This document shows, piece after piece, positions 13,401 to 26,349 of a stretch of DNA of 61,000 nt (position 1 is the stretch's first letter; each line of letters begins with the position of its first letter). Origin of the DNA: Lama guanicoe (Eukaryota). The translations under genes and the position numbers were made by a program. The notes beneath the pieces are model-generated. The model was not told the origin of the DNA. It searched no databases and was given only the letters and a program-made list of their open reading frames with translations. The DNA lies in contig MU053911.1 in assembly GCA_013239625.1 (NCBI GenBank), forward strand, positions 122,697 through 183,696. The letters run 5' to 3'.

Positions 13401-16400
13401 CTCATCTTCTTGGTGAGCCTGGCCAAAGGTTTGTTGATTTTGTTTACTCTTTCAAAAAACCAGCTCTTGGTTTGATTGATTTTTTTCTATTTTTAAATCT
13501 CCGTTTTATTCCTTTCCTCCCAGATCTTTTAAATTTCTTTCCTTCTTCTAACTGTAGGTTTTGTGTTTCTTTTTCTAATTCTTTTAGGTAGTAGGTTAGA
13601 TTGTTTATTTGAGATTGTCCTTGTCTTTTGAGGAAGGCCTGTATCACTATGAACTCCCCTCTTAGGACTGCTTTTGCTGCACCCATAGATTTTGTGTGGT
13701 TGTTCTTACAGTGTCGTTTATCTTAAGGCATTTTAAAATTTCCTCTTTGATTTCATTGTTGACCCTTTGTTTTTTTAGCAGCATGTTGTTTAGTCTCCAT
13801 GCGGTTGTTTTTTTCTTTTTTCTCTTTCTGTGGTCGATTTCTGGTTTCTTGGCATTGTGGTCAGAAAAGATGCTTGAAATAATTTCTGTCCTCTTAAATT
13901 TATTGAGGCTTCTTTTGTGTCCGAGTTTGTGGTCTATCTTAGAAAATGTTCTGTGTACACTTGAATGTATAGTCTTTCTTTAGGGGGATGTAAGGTCCTA
14001 AAAATATCAACTAAGTCTAACTGTTCTAATATGTCATTTAGTATCTCTATTGCCTTATTGATTTTCTGTTCAGAAGACCTGTCCAATGATGTTAGTGGGG
14101 TGTTAAAGTCTCTTACTATTATATTCCCATCGGTTTCTCCCTTTATATCTGTTAGTATTTGCTTTATGAATTTGGGTGCTCCTATATTGGGTGCATATAT
14201 GTTAATGACTGTAATATCCTCTTCTTGTATTGCTCCTTTAATCATTATTATAGTGTCCTTCTTTATCTTTCTTTATGGCCTTTGTTTTAAAGTCAGTTCT
14301 GTCTGATACGAGTATTGCTGCTCTTGCTTTCTTGTCATTTCCATTTACATAAATATCTTCTTCCATCTTACTTTCAGTCTGTGTGTCCTTTGCCCTAAAG
14401 TGAGTCTCTTAAAGGTGGTATATTGTGGGCTCTTTTTTGTTATCTAGTCTGCCACTCTCTGTACTGGACAGTTTAGTCCATTGACTTTTACAGTAATTAT
14501 TGATAGATGTCTGTTTATTGCCATTTTAAACCTTGTTTTCTAGTTGTTTATTATTTATTTGTTTCTTTTTCTTACTGTTTTTTCCTTTTTGAGTTGATGA
14601 TTTTCAGTGAAGCTTGATTTCTTTTATATGTGGTTACCCTGTTTTTCAAGTATATTAACTTATTACTATATCCCTTTACTTTAGACTGGTAACCATATGG
14701 GCTCATACACATCCTAAAAAAACAAAAAATTACATTTTCTTGCTTTTCTCTCTCACATTTTATGATTTTTATGTCCTCTTTTACACCTTGATGTTTATGG
14801 GGGCTTTTTGTTTGTTTGTTTGTTTTTGCTGTTCACTGTTGTTACTACATTTCCAATTGTGATTTTCTCTTCTATAGATTCTGCTTCTTTTCTATTTAGA
14901 AAAGACCTTTCAGTATTTCTTTTATGGTAGGTTTACTATTGCTGCGTTTTTTTAGTTTTTACTTGTCTGAGAAATTCTCTCTCCTTATGTTCCACCTGAT
15001 AGTTTTGCTAGGTAGTAGGTTTTTCTCTTTCAGGACTTTTAATATATCTTGCTGCCTTCTTGCCAGCAGTGTTTCTATGGAAGGTTTCCTGGTAACCCTT
15101 TCTCTCTTGCCACATTTAGAATCTTTTCATAATTTTTAACTTTGAACGTATTAATACTAATAGGTCTTGGTGTAGCTCTGTGTTCATCTTGTTTGGGACC
15201 CTCTGTGCTTCCTGCACTTGGATACCTGTTTCATTCTTTAGAGACAGGAATTTTTCAGCCATAATTTCTTCAAATACATTTCCGATCTTTCTCTGTTCTT
15301 TCTTCCCCGTCTGGGGCCCCTGTTGTGCATAGACTGGCGCACTGTGTATTATCCCTTAGGGCTCTTGTATTGCTTTCAGTTTTTTTCTTTTTTCTGTCTA
15401 CTTTTCTGATTAGGTTTTTCCCATTATCCTGTTTTCTAAATCACCTACTTGTTCTTCTGTATTACTTGGTCTGCTTTTGACCTCTTTTAGATTGGCTTTT
15501 ATCTTGGCAGTTGAGTTTTCTGATTTTAATTTTCTCCTCTTTATAGTTTCTATTTCCTTTTTCAAATATTCTGCATTTTTGTTGATAGCTCCTTCTGTGT
15601 CCTCCAGAGCATTTATCCCCTCCTTTTTTAACTCAAGTTCTGGTAGACTGTAGAGGTCTATCTCTTGGTTCATTCTTTCGGGGGATTTCTCTTGTTCTTT
15701 TAACTGGGAGTGATTCCTCAGCATCTTCATTTTACTTTCTCTAACTCTATGGATTTAGGAATAATAGTTACCTACTGTAGTCTTTTTATGAGGACAAGCC
15801 CGCGTGTAGACTGTGTGCATCTGATATTTTTGTTGTGAGAGCTGCTTTTAGTGTGGATGGTTGCTGTGCCTGTCCTGCATGTGTGCTGGCTGCTACCCAC
15901 TAACTGGGGATGTGGCTGGTGATGAGTTTTCCAGAGCCTGCCCTGGGATGTTGGGTGGGGCCTCCTCTTTGCTCTGTAGTTGTCACATCACTGTTAGTGG
16001 CTGGGTCTGCTCCCCAGTTCTTGGAGTAGAAACCCCTAGGTCAGTTTGACTGCTGTGCGTGGTTGGTGGGGCTACCCTGCTTCCACCTGGAGAGGAGATG
16101 TCCCCTGGGAGGTGCCCTTTGTGGTGTCATCGCCTGTCCCTCATTACACACAGCTTGTTAATAATAGGGCTTTCAGGATCAAGCCACACCCTGTGGGCTT
16201 GCAGAGAAGGAGTTTGCCATGGGGCTGTTGCACAGCCCCTTTGCGAGAGTGCATTCACCATGAGGTCTTCATGGCCGAGCAACGCCCTGTGGGCTCGTAG
16301 AGGAGGAGGCCGCTATGGCAGCGTCACCTTAGTCAACTGGGGAGTCTCTCCAGTGGGCCTGGGCTCTCCTGGACACACTCCCCCCGATGCTGCCTCTGTG

Positions 16401-16862
16401 CCGTCAACCCCAGGTCTCTTCCTGGCTCCATTCTCTGCAGCCCGAACTCAGCACTCCATCCCGGCACAGCCTGCTCGCCCCTCGGGCTAGGGACCCCATG
16501 GACTCCCTCTGCCCTGGTTTCTCTCCATTTTGTCTGCCCCAAAGCGGGCCTCTGCTCGCCTCTGGCCTCTGAAGCTTTCCTTCCGTCCTGTGACCCCCTG
16601 CTGCAGAGGGGGCTCTAGTGTGAGGGCGCCCTTCCTCCTCTGCCGCTCCCTCCCCAGAGGACAGGACCTGCCCTGATGTCCTTTTGCTTTTGCCTTTTTT
16701 TTTTTTGGTAAAGATTTACATTGTAGTTCCACTTGCACGAGATCTTCCGTCAGAGCTTGGTGGGTGTTGTGTGAAAACTATTCCACGTGGAGGTGTATTT
16801 TTGATGTGTTTGTCAGGGAGGTGAGCTCCATGTCCTTCTACTCCACCTTGAAGCCCCTCCCC
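10450..16862 (-). mobile_element. Near full-length (~6.4 kb) decayed LINE-1
   Basis: T-rich tail at ~10450; ORF2 fragments (MIKGAIQEEDITVINIYAPNIGAPKFIKQ endonuclease; [17 protein letters not shown]); ORF1 fragment 15410-15730; GC-rich 5'UTR ending in reverse-complement GGGGAGGGGCTTCAAGGTGGAGTAG. Confidence 0.95.
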
Positions 16863-17992
16863 GAGGCTTAGAAACAGATAGCCTTATTCCAGCCGACAGT
16901 CAAGGCTTTCCCAAGCTGCATTTCTGTCAGTTTTAGAGCCCAAATGGACTTGCTCAAAAATGGGCACGTTGGGATGGAGAATCATCATATTCTAAGGATC
17001 AAACATCTATTGGCAACTGAAAGTGCTTTTTAAAACCCCAAGAGTATATCTTCAGTTAGGGATTGCCTCTTTTGTTCCTGTTGTCTCTCTTTTCTCAGAG
17101 GTTCCAGTAGGCAAAAATCACGAATTATGGAGTCTTGTCCTCTTTTCAATATTCAAAAAACCTAAATAACCAGCCACCCCTGGTGTGAAGTGCCAGGAGG
17201 ATGTGTCCTGTTAACACTTTCCTTTGCAGCTTTCCCTGATCAGGATGATGTCTAGCATTTGTGACATTTAAAACATGGAACATTCCATGTCAATTTTTAT
17301 CATATATTCACATCCAGTAGCTACAAAATACAAAGCCATGAAAATAATTCCCCTTTTGTCCTCGTTGCACATTTATACTAGCTGCAAACTTAGCATTTAC
17401 AGGGTTAACATTACGGCTGCAGGGGAATCACAGGTGAGACTCACGGGAACTGGTCGGAGCTTCAGCAGTGGCAGGGCGGGGCTGAAGGGAACACTGGCGT
17501 CCCTCCTCCTCCACCTCCATGCCCGCGTCTTCCTCTGGTTTATTTAAAGCGTTGTTTCAGCTCTAGGAGCTTCTGTAACTTTTCTTTTTCCACCCAGAGG
17601 AGAGAGAAACAACAAACTAATTTTTATTGCCTTTGGCCCATCCAGGGCTCACTTTTGGGAAATTTTCCGGTCCTCTCTCCTCCCACTTGGTGGAGAGAAC
17701 AAAAACCAGAGACGTCACCCAGGCTGCACCTTTTCCCCTCGCTTTACTCAGCGCCAGAAGAGCAGCCAGGGGATCCAGTAAGTCAGTTCTTCTGGAGTTG
17801 AATGTACCCTTTTCAAACTCCGTAGGTACCTTTACCTCTCACACCAGGCAGCGGCCCAGCTGCTGTTTCATACAGAGCAACTGCCTGGTGGTCAAAAGTT
17901 AGTCATATCCCATCCCAGCCTTTCATGACTCCTTTCCCCCCTATTGTAGTGAGTCAGGGGCCATTGTAGTGAATCTCACTTCTGATGGCAGC

Positions 17993-18507
17993 TGTTTTGG
18001 GGATCCCCAAGAGCATCCTTAGATACAGTGATTTGCTAGGAGGAGTCAGAGGACGCAGTACACAGTCATCATGGTGTTACAGGGAGAGGATACAAAGCAA
18101 ACTCAGTAAAGGGAGAAGGCATGTGGGGCAAAGTCTGGGAAAAATCGGGTATCGGCGTGTCTGAGTCCTGTCTCAGTGAAGCCACACTGGATGCTCTTGC
18201 TCCCTCCAGCAGTGCACTGTGACAGCACAGGTGCAGTGCTGTCCACCAGGGAAGCTCCTGAGACACTCAGTACCCAGGGCTGTTACTGGTGGGTGGTCAA
18301 ACAGACCGAAAACCAGACTCCTAGAAGGAAAGCAGGTGTTCAGCACAAACCCCATTGTTTGTACAGTCTGGGCCCAGGGAGGCACTCTGGCAAGTTTCAG
18401 CGTGGTGGGAACCCTGGCAAGTTCCCGGACGCCAGCCGGGAGCCAGCCTTATAAGGAGGACCTCCCGAGGCTGGATGTCTCCACGCGGCTCACCTCCTTT
18501 CTGCACA
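17993..18507 (-). repeat. MER21-like LTR (5' LTR)
   Basis: Shares ctccagcagtg(a/c)actgtgacagcacaggtg, agggaagctc and agcaggtgtt blocks with 9475-9954; adjacent PBS. Confidence 0.75.
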
Positions 18508-18924
18508 CTGTGTAAGACTCTCAGTGCAGAGTAAGCGTAGGGAGGCTTGAGGTCTCAGCCTTGGGGAAGCTGAGGAGGACAGTGCTGCAGCTCCAGCCTC
18601 CGTCTCAGTTTGTTCTATCTGTAACTCTTAACAATCATGTCAAACTTTGTATCAACCCAACAATTTCCCTCCCTTCTTTTGCTGCAGAGGCCAGCTGTAG
18701 AGCAGCTCATCCCGGCAGTTTTCTCCAGCCCCTTTCAGGCTTTGGTGTTGGCCTGGGAACTGCCAGCCATACTCATGCCATTTTTTCCAGACTTCACTGA
18801 ATCTGACCTTTTTCTCCTTCTTTAGGTAAAGAGTGCTCTAGCCACCTACTTACAACTTACTGCTCCACGTTTGCCTTTTGTAGCAAATCTCTTGCTCAAG
18901 GATATCTAAGAAATCTTCCTCTTT

Positions 18925-19915
18925 CTGGGCTCTTGTCTCTGGATTGATTATGTGGCTGTCCCATCTACCTGGGAGTCCCAAAGCCAGTGTTTGCTCATTT
19001 TGGTAGGTTGGGCTGGATCCCAGAGTTACTGGCTGAAGGGCCGTGGTGGCCTGGAGCTGGTGTCTGCTTGCTGGTGGGTGGGCTGGGTCCTACCACGGCA
19101 GGCTGTAGGCTGTGGTGGTCCTGGGGCTGGTATCTGCTCAGTGATGGACAGGGACATGTCCCAAGGTGGCTGTGAGCTCAGGGGGTCTTAAGGCAGCTGG
19201 TGGTATGCTCCTGCCTGGAGAGCTTCCTGTTACTAGGTGTCTGAATTCTGGTGCTGACAGACGGGTGGGTAGGGCTGGGTCCCAGTGCTGGTGAGCTAGA
19301 GGCCGTGTTCCAAAGTGGCTCCCGGCACCACCAGTGCCACGTGATGGAATGAGCTCACTCAAACGGCCGCCAATGTCTGTGTCCCCGTGGGGAGCTCTGA
19401 TGCCTCCTGCCTCTGCAAGGCTCTCCAAGATTAGCAGGTAGGTCTGACCCAGGCTCCTTTCAAGTTACTGCTTCTGCCCTGAGTCCTGGGGGCATGAGGT
19501 TGTGTGTGTTTCCTTTTAGAGTGGAGTCTATCTCCCGTAGCCCACTGACTCTCCCCAAAGTGAGTCCCACTGACCTTCAAAGCCACATGCTCTAGGGCTC
19601 ATCCTCTTAGTGCATGACCCCTGGGCAGGGGAGCCCGAAGTGGGTTTGGCCCCCTGGCTCCTCTGGGAGAACCTGTGCACACATAACTGTCTTCCCTGTG
19701 TGGCCTGTCCGCTCGGGGTGCACGTCTGCATTGTACCATGACTCTGCCCTTCCTGCTTATTAGCTTGTCGTGGTTCGTCCTTTGTGTCTTTAGTGGGTCT
19801 TTTCTGTTGATCTTCCTGCTTTTCCCATCAGTAGTTGCTCTGTAAATAGGTATGATTTTGGTGTTCCTGTGAGGGGAGGTGAACTCAGGGTCTCCCATTC
19901 TGCATCCTGGCCACG
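18925..19915 (-). mobile_element. Isolated L1 5'UTR remnant
   Basis: Resembles 3900-4720; ends with the same motif (gtgaggggaggtgaactcagggtctcccattctgcatc vs gtgagaggtggtgagctcaagggctgcctgttctgccacc). Confidence 0.75.
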
Positions 19916-20115
19916 CTGAGCCCATGTGTGTGTCTGGAAGCCCAGCAGGTGTCTTGGCTTCCTATCCAGCATCCCTTCATGTTTGTGTTAATACTCAGTA
20001 ATGAACACCTGTAACTGTGTATTCACTATTCTTATAGATTGTGAACATGAGTCTTCAGTTATAAATAAAAAATGTTCTTCAGGTAACCTAATACAGACGT
20101 TTAGTAATTCTAAAG

Positions 20116-20410
20116 CTCAGAGAAGGGAAGAGCTAGCCCTGATACTTAAGATCTTTCACAGATCCTCGAGTCTCAAGATGGATCACATTTTCTGAAGAGT
20201 TCAGATGACGTTTTAGCTGATGGAGATCTCTTCCATATACTTTCATCAGAGACCCGTGGTAAATCATTTACAAGAGTATTACCGAGCAAGGAAATGAAAG
20301 ATTCAGAGTCTCCCAGAGCATCACTTCCAGGGAGTGACAGACCAGCAGTACCATTCGTCGCCCCCACTGTTGTTATTAAAAGAAAGCCACTGGAGACTGA
20401 CATCTCAAAG
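20116..20410 (+). CDS. CCDC7: CCDC7 exon (295 nt, phase 2 to 0) with in-frame stop: (S)[64 protein letters not shown]...[11 protein letters not shown]
   Basis: Acceptor taattctaaAG|C at 20114-20115; donor AAG|GTgaga at 20411; TAA at 20147-20149; rest of the frame is open and resembles recalled human [30 protein letters not shown]. Confidence 0.82.
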
Positions 20411-23400
20411 GTGAGACACAGTGCAGTAACTTGGAAGCTATTCATTTTGTGTTGCTAGACCCCTTCAGTGCTGTTGGTAAATGCTATTCAAAACATCAAT
20501 ATTTCTTACTTAAACAGAATAAAACGTTTGCCTTTGGATACAACCTGTGTTACGTTTAGGATTTTAAAGTGATACTTGGGAATCAAGGGAATAGTTTGAA
20601 ATAAAAATTGTAATCTGTATCAACAAAGAAGTTGTGGCTTAGAGCTTTAATGATAAATTAAAAGACACAATTTCTGACTGAGACAGGGAAATTTTTATTT
20701 CACGTTAATACACAAAAATGAGTTTTCTTTGTTAAGGTATTTGTGAAAGCATAGTCATTTTGAAATAACTTTATATGCCTTAAACGAACCCTAGAAAATT
20801 ATTAGAATTGCTTTTGTTAAAATAGTGTTTAATTAAGAAATTCTTGGTGTAAAAATTCTGGGAAGAAGAGAAGTGAAACTATGGCCATACATATTTAACA
20901 TATGGTCACAATGTTTTTACTGTAGAAGTTATTAAAGTGGCCTTATAAAAATAATTTTGTAAAGCTGCTTGAGTTTGTCTAGAGATTGAATCACGTGAAG
21001 ATATAAATCTAAGCTAGAATCATAATAAAAAGTTATTGACACGATTTGTTTGGAATGATTTAAGAGGAAGAGCCCAGTAGTGCTCAGGACCCCGCCACAC
21101 TCCTAAGTTTCCCAGATGCCAGGAAGAAGTGAAAAGTCAAATGTTTCTGTGATGACAGAGCAGATATCAAAGATGGTAATTAGAGTTCTGAAATGTATAA
21201 TCTGTGGTTATTTTAACTTTTGTTCTTAAGGCTACCATTTCAGAAGAGAATTTACAAAGTAAGACTGAAAAACAGACTTACCAAGAAGAAAGAGAATTGG
21301 ATGGTAAGAAGATTTCCTGTTTCATAAGATAAAAATGTTAATGATTGTGTGTTCCCATATTATAACTCTAAATAAATGAATTGAGAACATGACTTAAACG
21401 GAGAAATAACTTCTTAGATAGTCGTAAGGTAATATACAAGTATATTGACCAGTATATAAAAACTAACCTGCCGAGTTAACATATTACTCAGTCTATCTCC
21501 ACTAAAATTTATGTAAAAGGGCCTTGATGGCTCTGCCTCAACCAAATGACAGCGTTGAGTGTTGTGAGTCCTTAACGTGGTATTACGCCAGAGGCCATCA
21601 GGGTACAGCAGGAAAAAAGGTGACTTGAGTAATTACTTCTTTAGCTTGATTCTTTAGGTGTTTTATGTATAATATATTTTTTAAAATAGTAAATCTGTTC
21701 CTTTTTTCCAACATACATAGCTTTTGTGACCAACCCTTGTCTGATTGCATTGGCCTGGACTTCCAAAATAGAATTAAATGATTGTGATGCAGAGGGAAGA
21801 CTATGCTCTTCTTTTGTGCACTGAAGCAAGAATGCCTTTACCTGTCCCCCTAGGATGATTGGTTGTCTGAGATGAATATGTCTTCTTATGGTCAGGACAC
21901 TTTCTTTTGTTCATGGTTTTTAAATGAATTTTTACCAGTAGTTGAACAGAATTTATAATCAATTGACAAAAAAATTTTTTTCATTGTGGTAAAATATAAT
22001 AACATAAAGTGACATTTAATCATCTTTAAAGTATATGATTCAGTGGCATTAAGTACATTCACAGTGTTGTGCAGCCGTCACCACATCTGTTTCCACCACT
22101 TTCCGTCACCCAGTAAGGAACTTGTTGGGCAATGACTCCCATGCACGCCTCCATCCAGCCCCCGCTCACCTCTAACTTGACTTTCTGTCTCTATGAACTT
22201 GCCTGTTATGTTTCATGTAAGTGGAATCATACAATATTTGTCCTTTTGTGTCTGGCCTGTTTCACTTAGCATAATTTTTTCAAGGTTCATCCACATTGTA
22301 GCATGTGTCAGAATTTTATCACTTTTTATGGCTGTATGTACATACCACATTTTGTTTATCCGTTCATCTGCTGATGGACTTTTAGGTTGATTCCCCCTTT
22401 TTGGCTATTGTTCATAATGCTGCAGTGAACATGGTGTACTGTATCTGTTTAAATCTCTGTTTTCAGTTGTTCATATAGGAGTGTAACTACTGGATCATAA
22501 GGTGATTCTGTTCGGCTTTTGGAGGACCTGCAACAACTGTTTTCCATAGCGACTGCACCATTGTGTGTTCCAGTAGCAGAGTACAAGGAGTCGCATCCTT
22601 GCCAGCGCTTGCTTTCCTTTTTCTTTAAGTTGTGATTCTCGTAGGTGTGAAGTATATCTCATTGTGATTTTGATTCACATTTCTCCGATTACTAAAGATG
22701 TTAAGCGTCTTTGTGTGTGCTTGTTGGGAATTTGTTGGTAATCTTTGGCAAAAGATTGGAAAAAATGTCCATAGAACTCCTTGACCCATTTTTTAATTGA
22801 GTTGTTTGTTTTGCTGAATTGTAGAGGTTCTTTATATATTCTGGATATTAAACCATTTTTGGCTATTAGGGACCCTTTGCAATTGCATATGAATTTTTGA
22901 ATCAATTTTTTTTCCATTTTTGCAAATAGGCCTTTCAGATTTTGATAAGGAATGCACTCAATCTATAGATGGCCTTGGGAAGTATTGCCGTCTTAATAAC
23001 ACTAGTCTTCCGATCCATGAACCCAGGGTGCCTTTCCATGTATTTAGTTTACTTTAGCAATGTTTGGTAGTTTTCAGTGTAGAGTTCTTGTAATTCCTTG
23101 GTTAATCGTTTTCCTAAGTATGCTACTCTTTTTGATACTCTAGTAAAGAGAATTGTTTTCTTTATTTTTAGATTACTCATGGCTGATGTTTAGAAATTAC
23201 AACTGATTTTCCGTGCTCATCTTGTATTCTGAACCTTTGCTGAATTTATTAACTTCAGTGTTTTTATGCAGGGTCTTCGGGGTTTTCTGTACATAGGATC
23301 ACGTTACTGTGAATAGAGATAGTTTCACTTCTTCCTTGCTATGTTGGCTGCCTTTGATTTCCTTTTGTTTTCTCATTGCTCTGGCTAGAACGTCTAGTAC

Positions 23401-26304
23401 AGTGTTGAACAGGGGTGGGAGAAATGGAGGTCTTTGTCTTGTTCCTAGTCTTCGTGGGGAAGTTTTCAGTTCTTCAGCATTGAGTAGGATGTTAGCTGTG
23501 GGTTATCATAAATGCCTTTATCATGTTGATATTTTATTCTCAGTGTCTTTTTTTTTTTTTTAAAAAAATCATCACGGGGTGTCAGATTTTGTCAAGTGTA
23601 TCTTCCGCATTTGAGATGGTTACATGTTTTTTCCCTTTGCTCTCTTAACGTGGTGTATTACATTGGTTTTCTTATGTTGAAGCGCATTTGCATTCCTCGA
23701 GTAGATCTCATTTGGTCTTGGTATATAGTCCATTTAATATGTTACTGGATTTGGTTTTCTGGTATTTTGTTGAGTTAATTTTGCATCTGTATTTATAAGG
23801 GATATTGGTCTGCAATTTTCTTTCTTTCTTTTTTTTTTAATAGTGTTTTTATCTGGCTTCAGTAACAGGTAATGTTGGACTCCTAGAGTGATTTAGGAAG
23901 TTTTCCCTACTACTCTGTTTTTTGAAAGAATTTGAGAAGGATTGGTATTAATTTTTCTTTAAGAGTTTGGTAGAATTAACCAGTGAAGCCATCCATTCTT
24001 AGACTTTTTTTCATTGGGAAGGTTTTGACTGTTAATTCAGTTCCTTACTAGTTATAGGTATTTTCAGATTTTCTCCTTCTTCATGGTTCAGTCTTAGTAG
24101 GTTGCTGTTTCTAAGGATTTGTTCATTACATTTTGATTATTCAATTTGTTGGCGTACAGTGATTCACAGAATTGACTTAAAATCTTTTTTGTTTTGTAAA
24201 ATTGATTGTAGTGTTCTGGCCTGCATTTCTTGTTTTAGCTGTTTGAGTTTTCTCTCTTTTTCCTTAGCTAATCTAGCTAAAAGATTTTCCGTTGTATCCT
24301 TATGTTGAATTTGGCTGGCTTGTACCCATTTCCATGAATAGAATAAGGTTTAAGTGATGCCCTGCGCCTTCTTCATGGCTCTTTTGGAATTTGCTCAGTT
24401 TCGGCAAGCTCACGTTACAGGGAAGGCCACACACAGGTCTTCTGATCAGTAGTCCCAGTTGAGGCAAACATGTGAGTGATGAAACTTCTAGCTTACATTG
24501 TACTTCCAGGTACAAAAGTTTTATTTTGATTAAGTCCAGTTTATCTGCATTTTCATTAGTCACATGGACTTTTGGTGCCATATGCAAGAAACTATTGCCT
24601 AACCTAAGGTCGTAAAAATTTACCCTTATATTTTCTTCTAAGAGTTTCATTATTTTGACTCATATTTATGTGTACGATCCACTTTGAGTTGTACATAGTG
24701 TGACACTGGGATCCACTTCATTCTCTTGCATGTGGGTATTTAGTAGTTCCCACCATCATTTGTTGGAAAGAGTCATCTCTCCTCACTGATTTTCCTTCGT
24801 GCCCTTTTGGAAAATCAGTTAATCATAAACATGAGGGTTTATTTCTGAACTCAGTTCTATTCCATCAGTATCTATGCCTGTGCTTTATTGCTAATATCAC
24901 ATTATTTTCATTATTATAGTAAGTTTTTAAATTGGGAAGTGGGAGTTCTCCAACTTTCTTCTTCTTCGAGATTGTTTTGGGTATTCTAGGTCCCTTAAAT
25001 TTCCGTATAAGTTTTAGTATCACCTTACCCTTTTCTGCAAAATAGCCATCTGGGATTTTGCTAAGGATTAAACTGAGTCTGTAGATCATTTGGAGTGTAT
25101 TGTGATTTTAACAATATTAAGTCTAATGTATCCATAACCAAGGATGTCTTTCATTTTATTGTATCTTATTTAATTACTTTCAGTGATGTTTTGTAGTTTT
25201 CAGTGTACAAGTCTTAAACTTTTTGTTAAATATAGTAAGTGTTTTGCTGATTTTGATAGTATTGTAAATGGGATTATTTTTCTTAATTTTATTTTCCAGC
25301 TATTTCTAGTGTATTGAAGTCCAATTGAGTCAGTATATTGATCCTATAATCTGAAACCTTTGCTAAATGTATTTATTGAAGTAGATTTTGGGTCTTTTGA
25401 TTGTGTGTGTATTTCTATTTACAACACCTACAAGAAGAGAGTTTAATTTTTTTCTTTACAGTATTGCTCTTTTATTTCTTTTTCTTGCCCAGTTGTCCTA
25501 GCTAGGAACTCTATTACATTTTGTCTTTTATTCTGTTAATAAGGTTCAGTACATTTAGTGATTTATTTTTGCTTATTATAAAGCAACCAAGTGTTTCTGG
25601 GGTTGTTAATTTTCTCTGTTGTTTTTCTCTTCTCTATTTTACTTATTTCTGCTCTGGTTTTTGTTTCTTGCTTCCTTTTGCTTGCTTTGGGTTTAGTTTG
25701 TTTGCTGATTGTGGGCTCTCTTGTTTTTCAAAATGAGGTGTTTGAAGCTATACATTTTCCTCTAAGCACCACTTTAACTGTTCCATGAATTTTGGTATAT
25801 TTTTGTTTTCCTTTATTTCAAACTGTTTCCTAGTCCCCTTGTGATTTCTTCTTTGACCTATTGGTCATTTAGGAGTGTGCTGTTTAATTTTTACTTATTT
25901 GTGAATTTCCCTGATCTCCTTCTGTTACTGACTTCTGATGTCATTCTACAGAGTGTAAAGAACCTACCTTATATGATGTCAATCCTATTAAATTTATCGA
26001 GGTTTGATTTATAGCCTAGCATAGTGTGTATCTTGTCGACTGTTCCACATGCATTTGAGAAGAACAGGTGTTCAACTTTTGGTGGAGGGATATAAATATC
26101 TGTAGACCTCTGCAGGGCTCTGGTTAATTTATAGTGTTGTTCAGTCATTCTGTCTCCTTCTTGATCTTAGTTGCTTTATCCATTAAATTGGGGGTACTGA
26201 AATCTCCAAATATTATTGTTCAAATGTCTGTCTGTAATTGCGTATGTTGCGTATGGTGAACGTGAATATCACACATAAGATTTTGGCCTGGAGCCGGACT
26301 CCTC

Positions 26305-26349
<45 letters not shown>

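Larger units (their letters stand above)
9475..18507 (-). mobile_element. Two-LTR MER21-like non-autonomous LTR element (~1.6 kb non-coding internal part) interrupted by an L1
   Basis: Homologous direct repeats 9475-9954 and 17993-18507; 5-bp CTGTG at 9470-9474 and 18508-18512; tRNA-Leu-like PBS at 17973-17990; PPT-like stretch next to 9954. Confidence 0.75.

Noticed and set aside
10450..16862. Possible active L1
   Set aside because: Both ORFs are fragmented by many stops and frameshifts, and I could not find a clean target-site duplication
17973..17990. tRNA-like sequences here and at 46147-46164
   Set aside because: Only 18-nt matches to tRNA 3' ends beside LTRs, so primer-binding sites rather than tRNA genes
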